NCBI GenBank assembly: GCA_043806595.1
Contig: JAZDGU010000018.1
Span: 1,400-65,399, forward strand
Direction: 5' to 3'
From: Candidatus Micrarchaeota archaeon
GTDB lineage: Archaea; Micrarchaeota; Micrarchaeia; Norongarragalinales; SBBD01
DNA: 64,000 nucleotides
The translations under genes and the position numbers were made by a program. Shown here piece after piece: positions 29,178 to 37,464 of the stretch (within the stretch, counting starts at the first letter, position 1; each line of letters starts with the position of its first letter). The notes beneath the pieces are model-generated. The model was not told the DNA's origin. It saw nothing but the letters and a program-made list of their open reading frames with translations, and did not search any database.

Positions 29178-29831
29178 CTAGCCTGCGCGTTCCGGCCTCT
29201 TCAAGTGGAACACATCGAAATGCATGGTGTTGCAGGAGACATCGGCCTCGAATTCGCCTTCGTGGCTGACAGGCATGCCGACCTTCCATTCGAGGGGATT
29301 GTGACTTCCGTCCTTGTGCACGTGGAATGCGAGCACTCCGCCTTGCGAGAGCTTGGAAGCGAGCCGTCTTACGGTCTCCAACGGATTGCCGGCGTGAGAC
29401 ACCGCGCCGAAGTGGTCGTAGATGACGTCGAAGCGCCTGCGGATGATGGTGCGGTCGAAAGCGTTCGCGGAAAGGTTGTGCAGTCTTACTCCGCTTCCCT
29501 CGTGCTTTTCGATGAACGCCTTCCAGTCCCTTCCCGGCTTCGTCAGGTGCAGGCCGTGGACCTCGAGCCTTCCCTCCCGGATTTCCCCGGCGAATCTTTT
29601 GGCGATTTCCCTTGCCGCAGTCGCTCTTTCGCCGCATCCGCTGTCGAGAACCAGCACCTTCCTACCCGTGCCCTGCCTTTGCTCAAGCAGATTCCGGATC
29701 CTCCAGACAATGTCGAGCTTGAGAGCCCCGGACACGTCTGCGAGGGACGAGTTGTTCGCCCAGTAGTGGACGAGTCCGCTGCGCGCCTTATCGGCGTCGG
29801 CGTCCTTGTCCTTCCGCTTGCCTCCTGCCAT
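29178..29831 (-). CDS. Class I SAM-dependent methyltransferase-like protein
   Basis: VLVLDSGCG, FDVIY, L..GG.L motifs. Confidence 0.6.
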   Translation of the reverse strand: MAGGKRKDKDADADKARSGLVHYWANNSSLADVSGALKLDIVWRIRNLLEQRQGTGRKVLVLDSGCGERATAAREIAKRFAGEIREGRLEVHGLHLTKPGRDWKAFIEKHEGSGVRLHNLSANAFDRTIIRRRFDVIYDHFGAVSHAGNPLETVRRLASKLSQGGVLAFHVHKDGSHNPLEWKVGMPVSHEGEFEADVSCNTMHFDVFHLKRPERAG

Positions 29832-29948
29832 GAAGTTCTTCCGCGCAGCGCGTTTTAATATCCCTGCGTATCCAAGAGGATTCTGATTCCCTTGCGCCGG
29901 AATAAACTGCCCTAAACCGCTTATTCCACCGTGTCCTGCGCCTGCCCT

Positions 29949-30191
29949 TCACTTCCTCCACGCCAGCACGACGGGCGCCGCGAGCAATATCACGAACGGC
30001 CAGAACAGCCACGAATGCAGCTGGAACGCGAGCGGCTTCGTGAGCAGCCCCAGAGTCGCTGCCGTCACCTCCTGGCTGTTGGTTTTCCCGAGCCCGCTCG
30101 CCAGATACGCCAATGTTGCCGCGGCAAGCGTCCATCGGACCGGCTTCTTCAATCCGTTGCCCGCGCCTTCCTTTGCCCGCTTTCCCGCCAT
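29949..30191 (-). CDS. Small 2-TM membrane protein
   Basis: Hydrophobic ORF with LH motif directly downstream of the Mo-oxidoreductase pseudogene. Confidence 0.65.
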   Translation of the reverse strand: MAGKRAKEGAGNGLKKPVRWTLAAATLAYLASGLGKTNSQEVTAATLGLLTKPLAFQLHSWLFWPFVILLAAPVVLAWRK

Positions 30192-30200
30192 GCCTTATTT

Positions 30201-31082
30201 TCACCCTATGAAGCTTCCGTTGAGGTCGCCTTCCTTGGCGTAACCCCTGCTCTCCCAGTAGCCCTTGTAGCCCGCGTCGGCGGAGACTTCGATGCCCGTC
30301 ACCCACTTGATTCACTTGTAGCCCCACTTGCTCTCCGCGACGAGCTGGAAGGGAAAGCCCGTCTTCGGCGAGAGCGTCAGGTTGTCCTGCTTGTACGCCA
30401 GCAGGATGCCACCGTTGTTGCCAGAGTCGAAGTATTCCAGCGGGAACGACGTCGTATACCCGTCCGCGGCACGGAATATCCCGGTATTCGGGCCCGTAGT
30501 GGGCACGCCTGCTTGTGCAATCAAATCCTTCACCAGCACCCCCTTCCCACAACAGCCGTGCGGACCATCCTTCGACGCAGTCCAACTGTACGACCTTCGA
30601 GTAATGCGGCAGCGCCGCGGCATCACCAACCACTTCGTCGTATGTGAGGTTCACAGGCTCCGCCACCAGCCCGTAGATTTGCAGCCGGTACGCCCCGCGG
30701 TCGACGTATTGCGGCCCCTTGATGCTGTTCTCCCGCAACACGCTTGGCGCATCCAGCCGTGTCCCGTTGTACGCAAGGACGATGGTCTCGTTGAGCGTCA
30801 TGGGCATTGACGGAATCTGGCCAGCAGGAGAATTTCCCCCGCGCCAGACTCCTGGAATCATCTGGCCTTCCATTCGCGGCCGTTGTATGTAGGCATACCA
30901 GACGAGGAAGAGGAGTCTCGCGAGCATGATAGCCGAAATTACCGCCATTGCCGTTGTAATAGAAATTGGTGAGGCTTGCGGGGCAGGAGAGGATTGCGAG
31001 CTTAGAGCCGCAGGAGATCTTGGTTGGGCGGCCGCCGCATGTGATGTTTTCCTGGACTTTTCGTCTTTTTGGCGCGTGGCAT
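30201..31082 (-). pseudogene. Sulfite oxidase-like (MsrP/YedY) molybdopterin oxidoreductase pseudogene
   Basis: CVEGWS, GYTTS, GFPFQLV, GYK*IKWV, GYWE motifs spread over frames. Extra G in the G5 run at 30539-30543; TGA at 30312-30314; probable further shift near the 5' end. Confidence 0.85.
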
Positions 31083-31303
31083 GGACGGGTTGGGCCGGGA
31101 CGAACGTATAAAGAAGAGGTTTAAGCCGTAAAGGCATCGCTGCGAGCAACACCATCGTCCTCCAGTCCGCAAAGGCAAGGCGCAAGCGTTTCCCGACCAC
31201 GGGCAAAGGACTTCGCGATACTGGGGGTGGCAACGATGATAATCACGTGCGCGCTCGTGCTGGCATGGATGGCGGTTGTGGGATGGGTTTCGTGATTGAT
31301 TAG

Positions 31304-33151
31304 CTAAGGCCGGATTTTCGATCGGAAATAGTTTTCAGTATTCTTATCCATAAAATAGACGTAACAACCCTTATGTGCTCTTGACATTAACACTCGGTAA
31401 ACGTTTTGAAGATGTTGAGTGAATTTTGAGTTATTTCTTTTTACCATATTATCAAAAGACTTGTCAGGATTGCTCTTCCATTTTCCAAGTTTGGGTTCAT
31501 AGACCAAGTCTTCTCCAAAAATTACCCCTATATAATCAAATTCGAATCCTTGGGCGGTATAAACCGTACCTACTTGCTGCATTCCGGTATCATCAGTTGC
31601 CCATTTCCAGAAATCATTCTTTTGTTCCCACGGCATTTTGAAATCCCCAATTACGACGTCATTAACCAAGCTTTTGTCTGGTTTGGGTTCGCTCCACCGC
31701 CAATTAAAACCTGCGACTATACGAGCGCAATTCTTTTTTTCCAGATTTTTCTGGTCTATTGCTGCCTTGAGATCAAGCGGGCTTGAGAAAATCTTGAAAT
31801 CCATTCTTTCGTTCTTTTCCAGGAATTGTTTCTCCGTTTCTGTGATTCCGAGGATATTCTCAACCCATTGGAGGAACGAATCGGAGCCACTACACCGGAA
31901 TTGAGTTTTTAGATCGAATTCAGAAATTTCTGCATCGAATTTCTTCGCTGAATCTCGAATTAATTGAGTACTTCCAACTTCATTTGGCCTCACTACCTGA
32001 TGTTCATCGATAAAGAAAATAGACATCATTGCAGGTCTAATCAAATCGTTGATTTGCGGCTCCTTTGACCTGAATTGATTGGGAACCCCGTAATTGTTGC
32101 TGTCTTTGCGAATACGGTGTGCCTCGTCGCAGATTAAGACGTCGATTTCATTATCTTGGTGTTTACTGAAACTGTAGAAGAACCTGAACCTGTCCTTGAG
32201 CCTCGAGCCCAAGATTTTTTGCAAAGTCTTTGTGAATGCCGACGATCCGGTTGCATGGTATGGGATTTTGTTCATAGACATGAGTTCGGCCATAACTTGG
32301 AGAGCAATTACCGATTTTCCAGTTCCCGGCCCTCCTTTAACTATTATTACTGATTTTTTTCCATCCTTTGCTAGCTTTTTGGCGTTATGCATTATTGCGT
32401 TATAGGCGACAATCTGATCGTCGATTAAATTGAAGACTTGCTGCTGATTTAGCATTTCTTTAGTGTGTTCGAGAAGTTTCTTGGACGGCCTTATCGGCGA
32501 ATAATTGAATTTCTTAAGAACTTCCGCACCATCGCCGTGGGATAATCTTTTTCTTATGTATTCTGAAAGGTTAGGGACCTCCTCCTTGAGAAAAACCGGA
32601 TATTTCTGAATATCATTACGGAATTTTTCAGACTGCAGCAGATTATTTGATTTGTTCGTGTAATTGTGACAATATGCGCAACCGCTCAATTCCAATTTTC
32701 CATCTTCTTGGAAAGCGGTATTATAGTCGGTTAACCCGTAATAGTATCCTTCAACTTGAAGCGATGGATGGGGCTTGACTTCCCATCCCCAACTGTATTC
32801 TACTTGTAGATTCCCGTCGGCTTCACAATCTCGGACCTTCTCGTTAGACCATTGTTTCAATTCTACCAAAACGACATTTCCTTTCTTAAGTTCATCCTCC
32901 CCGAAAACCATCACATCTATCCTTCGCGATGCGAATGGAAGTTCATATTCTACCGTCATCATGTTTTCGGACATCTTGGAATACTCGAAAACGTTTTTCA
33001 TGAAGTTTAGTGACACGTTCCAAGAATTAGCTTCCGATGAATTGACATTTCTACCATAATAGTCACGATATCGTTGTTTCATTTTGTCTACAAGAGAATT
33101 CTGAAGCATTTCTTGCGAAAAGTTCTGGATTGTTCCTTCGAATAGCCTCAT
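31304..33151 (-). CDS. DUF2075 (Schlafen group 3-like) nuclease-helicase
   Basis: N-terminal E...ID...VELK (PD-(D/E)xK-like), HPS.Q, GGPGTGKS, DEAHR, QFRC, YTAQGFEFDY, NVYRVLMSRA; low GC. Confidence 0.88.
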   Translation of the reverse strand: MRLFEGTIQNFSQEMLQNSLVDKMKQRYRDYYGRNVNSSEANSWNVSLNFMKNVFEYSKMSENMMTVEYELPFASRRIDVMVFGEDELKKGNVVLVELKQWSNEKVRDCEADGNLQVEYSWGWEVKPHPSLQVEGYYYGLTDYNTAFQEDGKLELSGCAYCHNYTNKSNNLLQSEKFRNDIQKYPVFLKEEVPNLSEYIRKRLSHGDGAEVLKKFNYSPIRPSKKLLEHTKEMLNQQQVFNLIDDQIVAYNAIMHNAKKLAKDGKKSVIIVKGGPGTGKSVIALQVMAELMSMNKIPYHATGSSAFTKTLQKILGSRLKDRFRFFYSFSKHQDNEIDVLICDEAHRIRKDSNNYGVPNQFRSKEPQINDLIRPAMMSIFFIDEHQVVRPNEVGSTQLIRDSAKKFDAEISEFDLKTQFRCSGSDSFLQWVENILGITETEKQFLEKNERMDFKIFSSPLDLKAAIDQKNLEKKNCARIVAGFNWRWSEPKPDKSLVNDVVIGDFKMPWEQKNDFWKWATDDTGMQQVGTVYTAQGFEFDYIGVIFGEDLVYEPKLGKWKSNPDKSFDNMVKRNNSKFTQHLQNVYRVLMSRAHKGCYVYFMDKNTENYFRSKIRP

Positions 33152-33157
33152 AAGAAT

Positions 33158-33523
33158 CTACAACTCATTATATTTTTTATTTGAACCGCGTGATTTCTCG
33201 ATTGGATACTTTTTCTCATTCTTTTCCATCTTCTTTTCAAGAGCCGATGCAAGGTCGATGTCGTATTTCTGGGCTAGCCTGAGCAGGAAGTAGAGCACGT
33301 CGGCCATTTCTTCGGAGATTTCCTCCTTCTTGTCGGCGTTAGCAAACATTTCCTCGATTTCCTTATCGGATTTGAAGCGAAAGTGCTCCAAAAGCTCCGA
33401 GGATTCGGTAGTGACGCCGATGGCTAGGTCTTTGGCACCGTGGTATTGGTCCCAGTCGCGTTCTTCGCAGAACTGCCTGACCTTAACCTTCAACTCATGA
33501 AGGCTAGTCTTGTCGTCCGTCAT
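33158..33523 (-). CDS. MazG-like nucleotide pyrophosphohydrolase (DCTPP1/RS21-C6-like)
   Basis: FCEERDWDQYH..KDLAI....ESSELLE.F, EEMADV, K...N..KYP. Confidence 0.92.
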   Translation of the reverse strand: MTDDKTSLHELKVKVRQFCEERDWDQYHGAKDLAIGVTTESSELLEHFRFKSDKEIEEMFANADKKEEISEEMADVLYFLLRLAQKYDIDLASALEKKMEKNEKKYPIEKSRGSNKKYNEL

Positions 33524-33578
33524 CAATGCCCCCATCGGTTTCTCTTTAATATTGTTGAATGAATCGGTTTTTATTAAT

Positions 33579-34268
33579 TCATTCAATCTTTGCCCGCTTT
33601 TGAAGATTATGTCGTGCGCATAATATTTGGATATTTTCGACAAGCAAAGACGTCCCTCCCTTCGAATAAGGAAGAACATGGTCAAAATGAAGATTATCTT
33701 TTCTGTGGCACTTTATACACTGTCCTTTATCCCTTTTCCAAACTTCAAGTTTAACATTAGACGGAATTAAACGAGAGTGTTCCAAATCGGTTGTATCTTC
33801 AATCTCTTTCCCTTCAGCAATCTCCAAACGAAACTTGAACACCTGCCGGCCATCACTGGCTTCTTGCCAAGCATTAACTAATCTAAACAACCCGTTGAAA
33901 ACCCAAATTCCAGGCTTGAGCTTCTCATATACTTTAACGAGTTCTGGCTCCGGTTTATCATTCTTGCAACGGATCGCTGCGTCATAAAATAGTAAATTTT
34001 GAGTTGGACTTCCGTCAGAATCGCGAGATGGTTGATCTACGGACTTTGGGTTGCCAGTTACTTCACGTCTTGAAATATCGTGGCCTTCATATATCAGCAC
34101 TTTTCCGTTTTCTTCTACCCGGTCTGCATAGGGGGCGTTGGGTCGTAAACTCATTAAAATTACACTAACGTTGCGTCCCTTGAGATGGAAATTCATTCCC
34201 CTTTGAAGGCTAGAACCTTCCTCTGAACACATTTCCCAATAAGAAATGACGTCTCCCGGTTTGATCAC
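33579..34268 (-). CDS. HNH endonuclease with putative SRA/PUA-like N-terminal domain
   Basis: VWKRDKGQCIKC...HFDHVLPYSKGG...NIQILCARHN; N-terminal YADR...LIYEG and GLFRLV..W....VFKFRL. Confidence 0.88.
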   Translation of the reverse strand: MIKPGDVISYWEMCSEEGSSLQRGMNFHLKGRNVSVILMSLRPNAPYADRVEENGKVLIYEGHDISRREVTGNPKSVDQPSRDSDGSPTQNLLFYDAAIRCKNDKPEPELVKVYEKLKPGIWVFNGLFRLVNAWQEASDGRQVFKFRLEIAEGKEIEDTTDLEHSRLIPSNVKLEVWKRDKGQCIKCHRKDNLHFDHVLPYSKGGTSLLVENIQILCARHNLQKRAKIE

Positions 34269-34472
34269 GCAAGCCCCCAAACAATTTGTTGAGCTAGTAC
34301 TTAAATACCATTTGACGACACTATTAGACTTTCCTTTCCCTTTTATTCCTCCTCTTCCCCTGCCTTCCCTGCCTCTCGCTTTCCTGCCGTAACCCTTCCC
34401 CCGGCCTTTTCTCCCCGCAGCGCTGGAACTGCGGAAGAAGGATGTGCAATCGTGTTGGGCGCATGCGTTGCC

Positions 34473-35843
34473 TTACATGTCCTGCAGGTCGAAGGCGAGG
34501 TAGCCCGCGTTGCGGAGCTTGTTCTTGCCAAAGATCTTTCTTGCAACCAGGCCAAGCCGCGGCTTGGACGCGAGCCCGTTCACGTAGCCTGCCTTGCGCT
34601 CAAGCGCCTTGAATTCCTTCAGGGGTTGCGTGACTTCCGCCCACTTGAATTCGAAGGCGTAAACTTTCTTGGCTGAGTCCTGCGCCATCAAGTCGATTTC
34701 GTACGCGTCCCTCCCCTTTTCGCCGCCCCCGATTTTTCCCCACTGCCGCCTTGCCTTGTACAACCCGAGCTTTCCGACGGCGAATTCCCGCGCGGCATAC
34801 TCGAAGGCCCTGCCCGAGTATGCGCCGAGGCTGCCCTTCACCGAAGAAATGAATCCGGGGTCCCTTGAGGCGTATTCCGAGTAACGCCGGTTGATTGCGG
34901 TGAACCAGAAGCGCATGAGTGGGTGCTTGAGGCGGTATGCGCCGCGCTTGCCGGAGAAAGGCATTTCCAGTTCGATGAGCTCGAAGTAGTCCTTGAGCTC
35001 GTTCACCTGCCGCGTTATGGACGTGGAAGGCGTGTTCAAGGACGCGGCGATGGAAGAAAGGGTGTTGCTTCCGTCGGCAATCGCCTGCAGGATGGAGTAG
35101 TACGTGCCGCTCCTTCCCCCAAATTCCTGGGACAGGATGCCCGTCACCTCGTCTTCGAGGGGCGCGTTCTTGGCCAACAGGAGCGCGTCGATGATTTGTG
35201 CCGCGGTCTTTCCTTGCAGGCCGTAGTCTTCGGCCGCGACGTAGTATTTGGGGTAGCCGCCGAACACGCCGTAGAGTTCGACCAAGTCCTCCTTGCGGAG
35301 GGAAAGCTCATTGCCGAAGTCGAAGCACGACGAGAGGGATAGGGGCTCCAACCTCCAGTTTTTCTTCACCCGCCCGTAAAGGGGCTCCTTGGCGTCCTGG
35401 AAGGCGCTCTTCATCAGCCCGATCAGCGAGCCGGATAGGACGACAAGGCCCGGCGAGCCCTCGTTCAAGTCGATTGCCTTTTGGAAGGCGCCGAATGCGG
35501 CTGGCTCGACGGAATTGAAGTTCTGGAACTCGTCGAATACGACTACGCCGGGGTTGCGTTTCACGAGCGCATCGGCGAACTGGTCCCACGAATGCACGGA
35601 TTCCAGCGCGCCAAGCGCGCCGTGCTTGCGTAGGATTTCCTGGAATTCCTTGAGCAGCTCGCCCGACGGCTTGTTCTTGTTTACAAAAAAATACGCGCCC
35701 CGGTCTTTGAGGAATTCCACCAGCAGCCGGGTCTTCCCGACCCGCCGCAGCCCGTACAGTGCGACGATGAAAAGCTTTTTCCTTGAAAGCGTTTCGAGTT
35801 CCCTTAGTTCCTCAAGTTCCGCGCCCCTATCCACAAACTTCAT
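34473..35843 (-). CDS. Archaeal ATPase with wHTH and C-terminal DUF234-like nuclease domain
   Basis: FVDR..EL, YGLRRVGKT, FDEFQ, SGS, GGYPKY, FE...R, EIDL...EFKW. Confidence 0.9.
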   Translation of the reverse strand: MKFVDRGAELEELRELETLSRKKLFIVALYGLRRVGKTRLLVEFLKDRGAYFFVNKNKPSGELLKEFQEILRKHGALGALESVHSWDQFADALVKRNPGVVVFDEFQNFNSVEPAAFGAFQKAIDLNEGSPGLVVLSGSLIGLMKSAFQDAKEPLYGRVKKNWRLEPLSLSSCFDFGNELSLRKEDLVELYGVFGGYPKYYVAAEDYGLQGKTAAQIIDALLLAKNAPLEDEVTGILSQEFGGRSGTYYSILQAIADGSNTLSSIAASLNTPSTSITRQVNELKDYFELIELEMPFSGKRGAYRLKHPLMRFWFTAINRRYSEYASRDPGFISSVKGSLGAYSGRAFEYAAREFAVGKLGLYKARRQWGKIGGGEKGRDAYEIDLMAQDSAKKVYAFEFKWAEVTQPLKEFKALERKAGYVNGLASKPRLGLVARKIFGKNKLRNAGYLAFDLQDM

Positions 35844-35846
35844 AAG

Positions 35847-35890
35847 TATTCACCAAGTGAATAATTCAGTAACTGAATATGTTTATAAGG
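35847..35890 (-). promoter_or_regulatory. Two tandem ATTCA-N5-TGAAT palindromes between TATA and start of the ATPase gene
   Basis: ATTCACCAAGTGAAT (35848-35862) and ATTCAGTAACTGAAT (35864-35878); minus-strand TTATAAA box at about 35882-35888. Confidence 0.7.
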
Positions 35891-35968
35891 TTTTCGGCTT
35901 GTAGGCTGGCAGGCCACTACAAGCTTGTAGGAATTATACTCTTTTCGGAACCGCGTTTCCGGTGCAAT

Positions 35969-36403
35969 TCAGAGGTGGACAATTTCCAAGCCGGCGCTGA
36001 AATCCTTCTTCAGTCTCTCGGCGAGGATGCTGCGGTGGCATTCGCTTGCCTTGGCTTCCATGCACAACAGGCAGGCTTTCTTCTCCCGAACCAAATCGGA
36101 AAGGTCCGACAGGTTGCCGTTTAAGTAGTCTAGGTGCTTGGAATAGCCGATAAAGAATTCATCGTAGTCCCACGCCTGCGCGAGTTCGTTGCGCAAGGCC
36201 TTGGGAGCGCCCCATTTCGAGTCGTGGGCGTATTCGATGCCCGCTTTTTCAATGGCATTCTTGAGATTGGACTTGCAGAAGCCTTTCTTGTGACTCCAAG
36301 GCAGCTGGCGGCTGTCGACCAAAACCTCGACCTTATTATCAACAAGGGACTGCGTGAGTTGCTCCAGCGTTTTCCCTTGGTATCCAATAGTATACAAACG
36401 CAT
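35969..36403 (-). CDS. DUF488 family protein
   Basis: LYTIGY.G, LVD.R..P.S.K.GF, LLC.E....CHR. Confidence 0.9.
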   Translation of the reverse strand: MRLYTIGYQGKTLEQLTQSLVDNKVEVLVDSRQLPWSHKKGFCKSNLKNAIEKAGIEYAHDSKWGAPKALRNELAQAWDYDEFFIGYSKHLDYLNGNLSDLSDLVREKKACLLCMEAKASECHRSILAERLKKDFSAGLEIVHL

Positions 36404-36508
36404 TACGGCCTCTCCCATCGACCTCGAACCCTAAAATAAGGACACTTCCGGCGGTTTTAAAGCAATCGCCACGGGCCACGTTTACGGTGATCATGCTCGG
36501 CCAGCATG

Positions 36509-37450
36509 CTACCTAACTGGCTTTGCCACCGCGCCCGCGTCGAGATCCTTCACCGACCTCCACACGAAGTATCCCAGGATCGAGAAGGTGCAGATTGGTG
36601 AGAACCAGTTCGGGACGTGCACGCCGAAGGCGTCCGCGAGCATGATGACGCCCAGCACTGCAATCGAATACATCGCGCCGTTCTTCAAGAACCTCATGTT
36701 CGTGATCCGGGTTATGTTGTGCACGGTCAGCTGCCGGACCACTAGCGCGCCGATGCCGTTGCCGACGAGGATGAGGGGGACCGACAAGGTGAAGGCGAAA
36801 GAGCCGAGCACCGCGTCGACGCTGAAGGCGGTGTCGATGACCTCAAGGTAGAAAATCTTGCTCCAGTCGCTCATCGCGCCCCCCGACTTCGCCATGTCCG
36901 ATTCCTTCTTCTCCGCGTATTCCTTGAAGCCGTGCGTGATGAAGAACAAGGTGGAGCCAACCGCGGCACCGAAGGCCATCAGCGGGTGCCGCTCGAGGGC
37001 AAGCCAGACGACTGCCGTAAGAAGCACGGAAACGACGGTATAGAACCACGCGCCGTGGCCCTCGAAGACGGGCTCCCAGAAGAAGGCGCGGTTCTTCTTC
37101 TGCAGGAACAGCCACTGGAAGAAGAGAAACAGGAGGAACACGCCGCCGGCGACGAGGAGCACGGGCTCGGACTCCTCGACCATCGCTGCAACCGCGGGGT
37201 CGTCGCTGAAGGCGAGCGTCAGCGAACCCCAGAGGCCCAGGCCGGGGTTAAGCGAGAACACTATCAGCCAAGGAAGCAGGCCGCGGACGAGGAACACGGC
37301 GACGAGCATGCCCCAGACGAGGAACCACCGGCGCGCCTTCTGCGACATCGTGGAGAGCACGTGCGCGTTGACTACCGCGTTGTCGACGGCTAAGACTATC
37401 TCGAAGAACGCCAGCCCGAGGACGGTGAGAAGAATCGAACCCAAATCCAT
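36509..37450 (-). CDS. DUF475/TerC-like integral membrane protein
   Basis: E.V...DNAVVNA, YLEVID.AFS.D.V, LKNGAMYSI. Confidence 0.9.
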   Translation of the reverse strand: MDLGSILLTVLGLAFFEIVLAVDNAVVNAHVLSTMSQKARRWFLVWGMLVAVFLVRGLLPWLIVFSLNPGLGLWGSLTLAFSDDPAVAAMVEESEPVLLVAGGVFLLFLFFQWLFLQKKNRAFFWEPVFEGHGAWFYTVVSVLLTAVVWLALERHPLMAFGAAVGSTLFFITHGFKEYAEKKESDMAKSGGAMSDWSKIFYLEVIDTAFSVDAVLGSFAFTLSVPLILVGNGIGALVVRQLTVHNITRITNMRFLKNGAMYSIAVLGVIMLADAFGVHVPNWFSPICTFSILGYFVWRSVKDLDAGAVAKPVR

Positions 37451-37464
37451 GGCGGGATAAAACC

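Noticed and set aside
30312..30314. TGA recoding (Trp or Sec) in the Mo-oxidoreductase
   Set aside because: TGA is an ordinary stop in many genes here, and the gene also carries a frameshift.
34330..34470. Polypyrimidine tract and short ORF 34343-34555 at the island edge
   Set aside because: No terminal repeats or recognisable product; probably a terminator region or gene remnant.
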